NCBI GenBank assembly: GCA_038884455.1
Contig: JAWABU010000002.1
Span: forward strand, 6,948-70,947
Reading direction: 5' to 3'
From: Thermoplasmatota archaeon
GTDB lineage: Archaea > Thermoplasmatota > E2 > DHVEG-1
Length of the DNA: 64,000 nucleotides
A program made the position numbers and the translations under genes. Shown one piece after another: positions 49,902 through 58,840 of this stretch. Under the pieces are notes generated by a model. The model was not told the origin of the DNA, did not search any database, and was given only the letters and a program-made list of their open reading frames with translations. How positions within the stretch are numbered: position 1 is the first letter of the stretch; the number at the start of each line of letters is the position of its first letter.

Positions 49902-52900
49902 TTACTGGTGTCGTCGGCGTCGTAAGAGTATGAATGCGACTCCGATTGCTCCGATAAGGGTGAGCAGTTCGAAGCCAGGTATTCCTTTCTCTTTGGCGTT
50001 GATGGTGACTGGTTCAGCTGAGGTGAATCCGGTTTTCACTGCGGTGATGGTGTATGCAGTCTTCTGTCCGGTAACCGTGAAGGTTGCTTGTCCGTTGACT
50101 GTGGTACCCGTTTGGCTGCCGAAGGTGACCGTTGCACCGGTGACAAGGTTGCCAAGATCATCGCTGACAACGACGGTAACCGGTGAAATGTAGGTTCCTT
50201 CGCTGTCTTTTTCACCGCTCACCGTGATGAACAGTTTTGGAATGTTGACCACGGTTATGGTGACCTTATCTTCTGCATAACCTTCTTTGGTTGCTGTTAT
50301 AGTATAGGTCCGATCACTGGTAACTGCTGGTGCGGTAAAGGTTGCTTTACCATCAGACTCAGTGGTTTTGGTTGTTCCTGCGAAGACAACTGCAACACCA
50401 GGTATGCCAGCTGCTGTTGAGCTACCATTTCGAGCAGTAACGGTGAATGATCCGAGTTCGTCAACCTCAACAGGTGCTTCAAGATAGATAACCCATGAGG
50501 TTACCTTGATTTTCACATCAGACGTCTTGTTTTCAACTTTGATGATGACGTCACCAGTGGTTGGCGGTGTGAAGGCAAAGGTTACCTGACCATCAGCATT
50601 GGTTGTTGAGTTCATCTGGCCACTCAGACCAGGTATGATGATGCTGACGAATACTTTAGGTAAGCCGACTCCACGCCCTGTGATGGTTAAGGTGACTTGT
50701 GCAGGTTTGTTGTAGGGGATGCTGTAGACTGATGAGGCAACATTTGCGATTTTCACAGGGATCCGCCCGTTTGCTCGAGCGTAGGCGCTTCCTGAGGTTT
50801 TCGGTTTGAATTCAAAGGTGATGTTTCTCAGAGGAGCTGTACCAGGTAATGCATTCGCAGTGATGTTGCTAAGGGTTGCAACACCATTCTTGATATCAAG
50901 GGTGATTGGATCTCCTTCACCATTGCTATAGTTTACCCAGGTCTTATTGTAGGCACCGATGTCGGTGATGTTGTAGAGTTTTAAGGTACCGTTAACTGGT
51001 TCTCCTTGGTAGTTTACGGTGAAGGTTGCGCTGATGTTTTTATCAACACGCCAGATGAATTCTGAGATGTCACAGGTGACATCAACTGCCTGCACCGTGA
51101 AGGTTGCATTCCAACCTCTGCTGTTGTAGGTGTCGTTGTAGGCATAGACCGTGTAGACTCCTGGTTTTGTGAAGTACTGGTTGACAACTGATTTGTTGAC
51201 GGCGCCATCAAGGCTTGTTGCTCCAAGGCTTCCGATGTCTGCAGTGACATCATGACCAGTTGAGTTGTAAATGCGTACTTTTAATCCGGTTGCTGATGGA
51301 TACCTGGTTGTGTTGCCGCTACTATCAACAACACTAGTGTTGAAGTAGATCTTTGGTATCCGTTCTCCGGCCATAACTGTGTTTGGTGAAACAGTTACTT
51401 TGAAGTCGGATCGTGCCTTCATGGTTGCCATAGCATATCCATAGATGTACATTGGAGTACCACCGCGGTAGAGTTTGACATATGCTGTAATATTACGAGG
51501 TGCTTTAATTGATCCATATGCTAAGGTTTGGTTTTTCCGCTGGATGGTTGTATTCATGGAAAGAACGTATTCACCAGTTGCCGTTCCTCCTCCCAGTTTT
51601 TCTGCGATCGTACCATCGCCGGTTTTGTTGACAAGAGAGCAGTTGTTGTCATACATCCACTTGAGGTATACTTGTGCATTCGGGTAAGCATATCCGGAGG
51701 AATCTTTCACAGTGACGGTAAAGGTGACATTCTCACCATAGGTAAACTCTGTTGGAGAGATAGTAACGACAGTACCATTCATTTTGGTTCCACCGATCGT
51801 AAGTGTCTCAGTGACAGTGCCTCGATCTTTCCATTTTGCAGTAAACGTTATCTGCCCGCCGTTCAGTTTCATAACAGGTGTCAGATTAACAGTCCAGGTT
51901 CCGCTGCTATAGGTAACTGCGTCACCAGGAAGTTTATCTAAGGTCGTCGGGAGATATAAGGCATCTCCAGTGATGGTAATATTCTTTCCATACATGGCTT
52001 GCGGATTACTACCGCCACCATACTTGTTATTATCCTGGTCGATGATCTGGAAACTAATCGAAAGTGGTTGCGATGTGTTTTTCGGAACCATCGGGATAAC
52101 CCCATCATTATTTTTATTGGTGGCCGAATAATCACTATTGACACCATCATCATCGATCCATTTCCAGAGGATTTTTGGAGGTTGTTCAACGGTGAAGGTT
52201 ACCGTAGTGTTCCATTCGTGTGAGTATTGAGGTGGATTCGTTGCAGAACCATCACCATCAATATCTCTCCAGATGAAGACAGTCCAGGTTCCATTTTGAG
52301 CATAGAGACCTCCTCCGCTCTTTTGACCCCAGTGGCTTGAGTTGATGTCAATGAAACCAGCACTTTTTGTTATGGTTAAGTATTGGGTGACATTCCTTTC
52401 AACTCCAGTTGCATTCGGTGCAAATACCTTCACAGACATGCTTGAAAGGTTGTTTTTATCATAGTCTTGTACAGAGATGTTCACCGTGCCATCTCTACCC
52501 CAGTACATGGTTTGATTCTTTGTAGGTATCGAGGCGGTTGGCTCACCAGGTCGCACCCAGAGCCGTGATGCATATTCAGCACCAGAGTTTTGATATTCGG
52601 GTGGGTCCCAGGGACCACAGGTAGTATAGTTGTAATAATCTGCAGTGATCGCAGGAACTCCTCCATAGGTTATATTCCATCCGGTTGTCCCATAGGTTTC
52701 TGCTTGTGGGAATGCATCAGTATCAACGTATCCTCGAACCGTATAGTTACCTGATCGATTGAAATACGTGTTGGTACCAGAGATGTGATCCTTAAAGGTG
52801 TGTTGGCCGTCGTTATCGATTCTCGGGAAGCTGGTAATACTTGCATTTGTTGTTTTCCGGCGAACATCAAAAATACAGTTTGGAACAAGGGCATCTCCAT

Positions 52901-53462
52901 TTTTTAATTCAAAGGTAACCGTTGCGTTTTTCCGGTAGTAAATCTCTGAAGGACTAACAGTAAGTGTATAGGATTTTGATGCGTTCACCCAGAACCATTT
53001 CTTTGCGGATGCATTAAAGTTGCTAAAATTGTTTAAATTAACTAATTTACCTGAAGTATATGTTGACTCATTTACTACAATCCAGAGACCCGAGCAGTTG
53101 AGAACAACACCTTCAATGTAGGATGCTCCACCGACGGTTTCAGGTGTTTTAAACCGAGCTCCTGCGCCGTATGGACGCATGGTGAAGTTATAGGTCGTTC
53201 CTGACCGGTAGTAGCGGGGGTAGTACAGATAATACCAAGAGTTTGCAACTAATCCTGTGGTATTAATACCGAGGTCTATCGGTTCTGTTGACACGGTTAA
53301 CTCAGCAGAGTTCGTAACTTGCGTTGGTTTTCCCCAGGCATTAACACCAGGGATTGCACTTGCTTGTTCAATAATTTTTATGTCAAACTTGTTTAAGACT
53401 ACCAGTGTTGATAGAGCTATTGCACAGACGATCAACATGGTTAGTACCTTTTTTCCATTCAT
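49902..53462 (-). CDS. Large secreted surface glycoprotein candidate (S-layer-like) with PGF-CTERM sorting signal
   Basis: N-terminal signal/anchor MNGKKVLTMLIVCAIALSTLVV. About 47 N-x-S/T sequons by manual count. Three C-terminal Ig-like repeats (..DG(Q/K)(V/A)TF(A/T)..TYTITA.K.G(Y/F)..). C-terminus GIPGFELLTLIGAIGVAFILLRRRRHQ. AGGAGG lies 8 nt before the ATG. Confidence 0.85.
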   Translation of the reverse strand: MNGKKVLTMLIVCAIALSTLVVLNKFDIKIIEQASAIPGVNAWGKPTQVTNSAELTVSTEPIDLGINTTGLVANSWYYLYYPRYYRSGTTYNFTMRPYGAGARFKTPETVGGASYIEGVVLNCSGLWIVVNESTYTSGKLVNLNNFSNFNASAKKWFWVNASKSYTLTVSPSEIYYRKNATVTFELKNGDALVPNCIFDVRRKTTNASITSFPRIDNDGQHTFKDHISGTNTYFNRSGNYTVRGYVDTDAFPQAETYGTTGWNITYGGVPAITADYYNYTTCGPWDPPEYQNSGAEYASRLWVRPGEPTASIPTKNQTMYWGRDGTVNISVQDYDKNNLSSMSVKVFAPNATGVERNVTQYLTITKSAGFIDINSSHWGQKSGGGLYAQNGTWTVFIWRDIDGDGSATNPPQYSHEWNTTVTFTVEQPPKILWKWIDDDGVNSDYSATNKNNDGVIPMVPKNTSQPLSISFQIIDQDNNKYGGGSNPQAMYGKNITITGDALYLPTTLDKLPGDAVTYSSGTWTVNLTPVMKLNGGQITFTAKWKDRGTVTETLTIGGTKMNGTVVTISPTEFTYGENVTFTVTVKDSSGYAYPNAQVYLKWMYDNNCSLVNKTGDGTIAEKLGGGTATGEYVLSMNTTIQRKNQTLAYGSIKAPRNITAYVKLYRGGTPMYIYGYAMATMKARSDFKVTVSPNTVMAGERIPKIYFNTSVVDSSGNTTRYPSATGLKVRIYNSTGHDVTADIGSLGATSLDGAVNKSVVNQYFTKPGVYTVYAYNDTYNSRGWNATFTVQAVDVTCDISEFIWRVDKNISATFTVNYQGEPVNGTLKLYNITDIGAYNKTWVNYSNGEGDPITLDIKNGVATLSNITANALPGTAPLRNITFEFKPKTSGSAYARANGRIPVKIANVASSVYSIPYNKPAQVTLTITGRGVGLPKVFVSIIIPGLSGQMNSTTNADGQVTFAFTPPTTGDVIIKVENKTSDVKIKVTSWVIYLEAPVEVDELGSFTVTARNGSSTAAGIPGVAVVFAGTTKTTESDGKATFTAPAVTSDRTYTITATKEGYAEDKVTITVVNIPKLFITVSGEKDSEGTYISPVTVVVSDDLGNLVTGATVTFGSQTGTTVNGQATFTVTGQKTAYTITAVKTGFTSAEPVTINAKEKGIPGFELLTLIGAIGVAFILLRRRRHQ

Positions 53463-53626
53463 CTTTTATTTCCTCCTTGAATATTTTATATCCCAATTAA
53501 TTATAGTCCAGCAAAACACGTCTCGGTTCACACCGTGAACCGATATGAAATCACCACACCAACAAGGTTCTGGAGATTCCAATCCGTGTCCTCACCGGAC
53601 CTCATCCCACGTAAATATTATCCTTA

Positions 53627-53634
53627 TTTATATA
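53627..53634 (-). promoter_or_regulatory. TATA-box candidate for the surface-protein gene (would give a leader of about 140 nt)
   Basis: The minus strand reads CTATATAAATAAGG. The ATG is at 53462. Confidence 0.3.
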
Positions 53635-53830
53635 GGTTGCGTTTTTCTACATCTTATAAAGCGCTGTTGGTACAACATTTTGATGATATATCTTAAGAAA
53701 GATTCTAAAAAGGTATCTCTCACGTCCACCTGCGTATGTTTTTAGTATCAACCACAACCTTAACGAATAAATACACCTATGTTTATTCAACCCCCTAACC
53801 ACAGAACTCACTACTACGGTAAACTATAAA

Positions 53831-53922
53831 CCCGCCTTAGCTCAGTCTGGCTGGAGCGGCCGGCTGTAGACCCATATATGGCCGTTACCGGCAGGCCCCC
53901 GGTTCAAATCCGGGAGGCGGGA
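53831..53922 (+). tRNA. tRNA-Tyr (anticodon GUA) with a 17-nt intron 3' of position 37
   Basis: CCCGCCT/TA/GCTC-AGTCTGGCTG-GAGC/G/GCCGG-CTGTAG[ACCCATATATGGCCGTT]A-CCGGC/AGGCC/CCCGG-TTCAAAT-CCGGG/AGGCGGG/A. It has a C1:G72 pair and A73 (the archaeal tRNA-Tyr identity set). Intron is 53870-53886. Confidence 0.8.
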
Positions 53923-54017
53923 CTCATTCTTATGTTCATCAAAAAGAAATTTTCAGGTCTGAAAACCGTGATGCTTATAAGCTTATAATATAGATATTAA
54001 TTATATGTCGTTCTTTT

Positions 54018-55064
54018 ATGAAATCAAAAAAACATATCGCACTCGGCGTACCGCTTTCTGATGCTGAAACCATCCGAGCCTACCTTCTCAACAACAAGCT
54101 ACTTGACCAAACCTATCGCATTACAAAAAATAAAACAACGGTCTATTTCCCGGTAAAACAGATTGCTAAAAACTTCGGACAATATATCAAAACGTATCGA
54201 TATTTTGAGCAGAAACAGCAAAAACCAACCTCCTACAAGCAGCTCCTTACACTCCCCACCCCGCTCCAAGAACAACTGCCGACATCCTACGATATTGTCG
54301 GAAAAATCATTCTTATTAAAATCCCAGAAGAATTAAAAGAGTTCGAACAGCAGATCGGGGCAGCACTACTTCAAGGTCATAAGCAGGTTGAAACTGTTTT
54401 TTCATCTGAGCCGGTTCGTGGTGAGTTTCGCCTTCGAAATCTCCATCGTATCGCAGGGAAACAACAAACAACAACCCTACAGAAAGAGTATGGTTTGTCT
54501 TTTTTGGTTGATGTTGAAAAAACCTATTTTTCACCCAGGCTTGCATCAGAACGACGACGGATTGCAGGATTCGTTCAACCCGGTGAAACTGTTGTTGATC
54601 TGTTTGCAGGTGTTGCACCGTTTTCATGTATGATTGCAAAATATGCACAGCCAAAAATGGTTTATGCAGTGGATAAAAACAGTGATGCCGTTGAATTAGC
54701 ACGACGCAATATTGTTCTCAATAAGCTGGTTGATCGTGTTACGGTTATCCATGCAGATGCACACGATATACCCGCAATGTTTCTGAAAACGAACCGGTAT
54801 GCTGATCGGATCGTTATGAATCTTCCGTTTGAATCACATCGGTTTTTCCCAGTTGCGCTAGCGTTGTTAAAAAAACAGGGCGTCATCCATATGTATACGG
54901 TTGCTGATGAAGAAGATCTTCAAACCACGATCAAAGAAGTACACCGGCATGCACAACAGGCACAATTCATCTGTACTGAGATCAACATCCGGAAGATTAA
55001 AACCTATGCGGCTCGAGAATTTTATATAGCATTAGACATTACCGCTACGAAGATGCCGACGTAG
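54018..55064 (+). CDS. trm5: tRNA (guanine37-N1)-methyltransferase Trm5 family (Met-10+ like)
   Basis: VVDLFAGVAPFS (SAM motif), RIVMNLP (NLP motif), 348 aa. The stop codon lies inside tRNA-Thr. Confidence 0.82.
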   Translation: MKSKKHIALGVPLSDAETIRAYLLNNKLLDQTYRITKNKTTVYFPVKQIAKNFGQYIKTYRYFEQKQQKPTSYKQLLTLPTPLQEQLPTSYDIVGKIILIKIPEELKEFEQQIGAALLQGHKQVETVFSSEPVRGEFRLRNLHRIAGKQQTTTLQKEYGLSFLVDVEKTYFSPRLASERRRIAGFVQPGETVVDLFAGVAPFSCMIAKYAQPKMVYAVDKNSDAVELARRNIVLNKLVDRVTVIHADAHDIPAMFLKTNRYADRIVMNLPFESHRFFPVALALLKKQGVIHMYTVADEEDLQTTIKEVHRHAQQAQFICTEINIRKIKTYAAREFYIALDITATKMPT

Positions 55065-55127
55065 CTCAGCTGGTGGAGCGGCTGACTTGTAATCAGCAGG
55101 TCGAGGGTTCAAATCCCTCCGTCGGCT
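55055..55127 (+). tRNA. tRNA-Thr (anticodon UGU)
   Basis: GCCGACG/TA/GCTC-AGCTGGTG-GAGC/G/GCTGA-CTTGTAA-TCAGC/AGGTC/GAGGG-TTCAAAT-CCCTC/CGTCGGC/T. Confidence 0.9.
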
Positions 55128-55299
55128 TCTACATGGTTGTGAGCCTGAAGGTGCAGGATTTCATCAATCGAGAGTTTTTATACAAAAACAAAGAACTTTT
55201 GTATATATATTTTCCTGTGCATAGGTAACTACATGTCTACCTACAAACAAGTCTAATAAATACATACTTGCTCTCATTGTCTTTACCAACAACTGAAGG

Positions 55300-56124
55300 A
55301 TGGGACCAGATATTACGGTAAATAAGAAAAGATTATTACTTGCCCCGGTACGGATATGTACACATACGATTAAGAAACGATCATCACAGCGGTTTATTGA
55401 ACTGGATATACTCAGAGGCATCGCAATTCTTCTCATGATTTTTTTCCATATCCTCTGGGATCTTGATTATTTCGGTATTGTACCGTTGAATCATCAAATC
55501 TATGCATTTCAAAAAATCGCACCAATCATGTTTTTCCTACTTCTTGGCATGTGTCTTGTTGTAAGTACCAACAACACTCAGAAGGGAAACCCAGATAAAC
55601 AGAAAAAATATAGAAATCATCTGATTCTTCGAGGATTAAAAATTTTTAGTTTCGGGATGATCCTGACGACAGGAAGCTTTATTTTTATTCCCGATCGGCC
55701 AGTTATTTTTGGTGTGCTTCATTGTATCGGTGTTTCAATTATCTTAAGTATTCCTTTTCTGTATCGAAGCACAATTACAAAAATTGTGTCATCGGGAGTG
55801 GTCATGATTGCTGGTTACTTTTTCGGACAGTATATCGTACCGTATCCCTCAGCGGTTCATCTGGCGATCGGGTTCCATCAAACCAATGTCTATAGCTATA
55901 CGGTTGATTATTTCCCGATTTTCCCCTGGTTGGGTGTGTGTCTCCTAGGAATGGCTCTTGCTGATATTTTTTATGCCGATAACACACGGAGAATTCCGTC
56001 ATTTGCTCTCTCAAAATCGAAACCATGTTTAATGGTTTCATGGCTTGGACGGCATTCGCTGTCAGTTTATATGGTGCATCAGCCGATCATCGCTGGAATT
56101 ATTCTCCTCTATATCTTCTTATAA
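55300..56124 (+). CDS. DUF1624 (HGSNAT-like) polytopic membrane acyltransferase candidate
   Basis: RFIELDILRGIAILLMIFFHILWDL is the N-terminal signature. Multiple TM helices. Confidence 0.68.
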   Translation: MGPDITVNKKRLLLAPVRICTHTIKKRSSQRFIELDILRGIAILLMIFFHILWDLDYFGIVPLNHQIYAFQKIAPIMFFLLLGMCLVVSTNNTQKGNPDKQKKYRNHLILRGLKIFSFGMILTTGSFIFIPDRPVIFGVLHCIGVSIILSIPFLYRSTITKIVSSGVVMIAGYFFGQYIVPYPSAVHLAIGFHQTNVYSYTVDYFPIFPWLGVCLLGMALADIFYADNTRRIPSFALSKSKPCLMVSWLGRHSLSVYMVHQPIIAGIILLYIFL

Positions 56125-56132
56125 AAAAATGG

Positions 56133-58232
56133 TTACTTCTTACGCTGCCAGATCTTCTTCCGGAGTGACAGAATAATGGTCAATGCTGCTAAAAAGATGA
56201 GGAGTTCAAACCCAGGAAATCCTTTTGGTTGTTGTATGGTGATGGGTATAGATGTCGATTGTTGCGCACCTGCATCATCAGTGACTTTTAAGATAACAGT
56301 GTAGCTTCCTGCCTGAGAATATTTATGCGTAACGAGAGATCCATATCTTCGTGTTCCATCACCAAAACTCCAGGAGTAATTCGTAATGCTTCCATCTGGA
56401 TCAGTGCTATTAGACGCAGAAAAAATAAGGTATTCACCAAGCATCAACGAACCTTGTGTTGATATCCGTGGTATTGGCGGTTGATTTTCAACGATTGAGG
56501 AAAGTACGGTTACCGTCGTTGTTGCAATATTGCTCTGACCAACATTATCAATAACTGTCAGTGTCACGGTGTAGATGCCTGGATAGAGGTAGGTGTGCTG
56601 CGGGTTGATGCTGAGAATCTCACTACTTCCATCACCGAAGTTCCATCGGTAGAAATCAATCTTTCCATCAGGATCCCTGCTTTGCGATCCATTAAAGGTG
56701 ATCTGCTGATTAATTGCAGCGGTATACGGACCTCCTGGGTTTGCCACTGGTTTTTGATTCGTAGGAGGAATCATTCTTGTTGTGAAAATAAAGATATCTG
56801 AACGGTTTTCAAATTTTCCATCACTGACAACGGCATACCACGGATAGCTTGTTTCAAACGGCAGTCGAAAACTACAAGAAGCGTTTTTCCCGCTTTGAAC
56901 ATTATACTGAACGCCGACAAGTTCATCATCGGTAGCATGATAGAAATACACCGTAAGAAGACTACTATCATTATCACGAACACGGACTGATAAGGTGACT
57001 GATAAACCAACGTTTTCTGCACCATCCTTAGGAGAAGGATTGGTTGGTTTCATAGGTGGCTTTAAAAAAATACCGAGCGGATATCGATCCTGAACCGAAC
57101 CTGAGACGTTATAAGGAATGTCTCCGATGCCGTCATGGTTTCGATCGCCATCGGTGTAATCATCCCAGTAGTTTCCCCGTTCTTCATTGTACCATTGGTT
57201 TCGTCCGGTGTCTTGAACTTGGACTTTATTTTTATAAAAGCGGTTATACGAAAAGATATTATTTTTTGACATACTTCCAAGAGATACGCCGAAAATTTTT
57301 GAGTTGTTGATATAATTATAGGTGATGAAATTGTCAGATCCGCTAATGAGCATCCCAATCTGATTTCCCGTGAATTTGTTTCGTTTGATTTCATGTTCAG
57401 ATGAGTCAAGGTTGATCCCGTTTCCCTTACAGTTCTTAATCATGTTGTTGATAATTTTCGTTCTTGGGCTGTTTGATAGTTTGATCCCATCGTAGGTGCA
57501 CAATGAAAACGTATTTTTTGTAATGTTATGCGTACCGGAGAGTGAAAAAACACCATAAACATCTCGATAAAAGGTGTTGTTATAGAAGATATTATTGGTT
57601 GACGACATCATCTGTACTCCTGCAGTCGAACACCAGGAAATGTTGTTGTTCGAAAAAACATTGTTGTTTGACGAAACAAGATTTACACCTCTTGTGTTGT
57701 TAATCCAGCAGCTGCCGATGGTGTTATCATTTGAGGAGGCAAAGTAGATCGCCCAGACGCTGCTTCGATTGATGATACAGCTTTGGATTGTGGTTGAATC
57801 GACTGTGGCATAGACAAGTGATACTGAACATTTATTGTTTGGATCAGTAAGGGTAAGGTTTTCTAAGGTGACAAACGGAGCAGTGATTTCAACTAGATAG
57901 CGATATAGCGGTCCATCTCGTTGGAGAATCGTCTGCGTTTTATTCAAACCAATAATAGATATCTGTTTCGTAATTTTCAATGTCTCATTGTAGACCCCTT
58001 CAAAAACATAGATCACATCGCCATCTTGTGCAACATCATGAGCATATTGAATTGTTTCATAGGGTTTATTGGCACTGCCATCGCGAATACCGACGACGAT
58101 AGAATCATCAACATAGATGCTGCGTGCTGCTCGTGTTGTTTTTATACCACTAAGAGAGGTACCGATACAGAAAAGTATGCATAAACAGCAAATTACAATC
58201 GTTTTTGTTTGTTGTCCCATCCTCATATACAC
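56133..58232 (-). CDS. Secreted right-handed beta-helix (NosD/PbH1-like) protein with two PKD domains and PGF-CTERM
   Basis: Signal peptide. Repetitive N-rich beta-helix turns (..NNISWCSTAGV.., ..NNMIKNCKGNGI..). Two PKD units (FNGSQSRDPDGKIDFYRWNFGDGS...YTVTLTV and SASNSTDPDGSITNYSWSFGDGT...YTVILKV). C-terminus GFPGFELLIFLAALTIILSLRKKIWQRKK. Confidence 0.85.
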   Translation of the reverse strand: MYMRMGQQTKTIVICCLCILFCIGTSLSGIKTTRAARSIYVDDSIVVGIRDGSANKPYETIQYAHDVAQDGDVIYVFEGVYNETLKITKQISIIGLNKTQTILQRDGPLYRYLVEITAPFVTLENLTLTDPNNKCSVSLVYATVDSTTIQSCIINRSSVWAIYFASSNDNTIGSCWINNTRGVNLVSSNNNVFSNNNISWCSTAGVQMMSSTNNIFYNNTFYRDVYGVFSLSGTHNITKNTFSLCTYDGIKLSNSPRTKIINNMIKNCKGNGINLDSSEHEIKRNKFTGNQIGMLISGSDNFITYNYINNSKIFGVSLGSMSKNNIFSYNRFYKNKVQVQDTGRNQWYNEERGNYWDDYTDGDRNHDGIGDIPYNVSGSVQDRYPLGIFLKPPMKPTNPSPKDGAENVGLSVTLSVRVRDNDSSLLTVYFYHATDDELVGVQYNVQSGKNASCSFRLPFETSYPWYAVVSDGKFENRSDIFIFTTRMIPPTNQKPVANPGGPYTAAINQQITFNGSQSRDPDGKIDFYRWNFGDGSSEILSINPQHTYLYPGIYTVTLTVIDNVGQSNIATTTVTVLSSIVENQPPIPRISTQGSLMLGEYLIFSASNSTDPDGSITNYSWSFGDGTRRYGSLVTHKYSQAGSYTVILKVTDDAGAQQSTSIPITIQQPKGFPGFELLIFLAALTIILSLRKKIWQRKK

Positions 58233-58335
58233 CCGATACCACAGAACGGTTAAGGGTATTTTATAGTTTTCTTAAATTGTTCCAGATGTTCAGACAGAGA
58301 TACGTATAAGAGGTTGAAACGATATTCTCTGGTGT

Positions 58336-58797
58336 ATGCATGTCTGTATCGGTGGAACGTTCAATCCGTTGCATGAAGGACATAAACTCTTAATTCGAAC
58401 CGCGTGTGCTGTTGCTGGACCTGCTGGATCAGTCTATATTGGTATTACTTGTGGGACGCAGTTTTCATCATACAAAAAGATTCCCTCATATCGTGAGCGA
58501 AAAAAGATACTACAACAATTCATCCTTGAAGAACAGATTTCAACAACGATCTGTTTCGGCAGATTAACCGATAAATATGGCCCTTCGATTACCGATGATT
58601 TTGATGCAATAGTGGTGTCTCCTGAAACAAAACCAACTGCTGTTGAAATTAATCGTATTCGTCAAAGCAGGCAGAAAAAACCACTCCAGATCATTGAAAT
58701 ACCCTTTGTGCTCGCTGAGGATGCAAAGCCAATCAGCTCCACCCGGATTCGAAACAAGGAAATCGATATACACGGGCGCCTCATCTGTAGAGATTAA
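58336..58797 (+). CDS. coaD: Phosphopantetheine adenylyltransferase, archaeal type (cytidylyltransferase fold)
   Basis: GGTFNPLHEGHKLL nucleotidyltransferase (H/T)xGH motif, ISSTRIR, 153 aa. Confidence 0.78.
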   Translation: MHVCIGGTFNPLHEGHKLLIRTACAVAGPAGSVYIGITCGTQFSSYKKIPSYRERKKILQQFILEEQISTTICFGRLTDKYGPSITDDFDAIVVSPETKPTAVEINRIRQSRQKKPLQIIEIPFVLAEDAKPISSTRIRNKEIDIHGRLICRD

Positions 58798-58840
58798 TTT
58801 TATATAGCATGAAATGATGCGCTTGAACGGTGATTCTCTG

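Noticed and set aside
53545-53745. 66-aa plus-strand ORF between the surface-protein gene and tRNA-Tyr
   Set aside because: It has no SD and no motif, and it overlaps the likely promoter and leader of the surface-protein gene.
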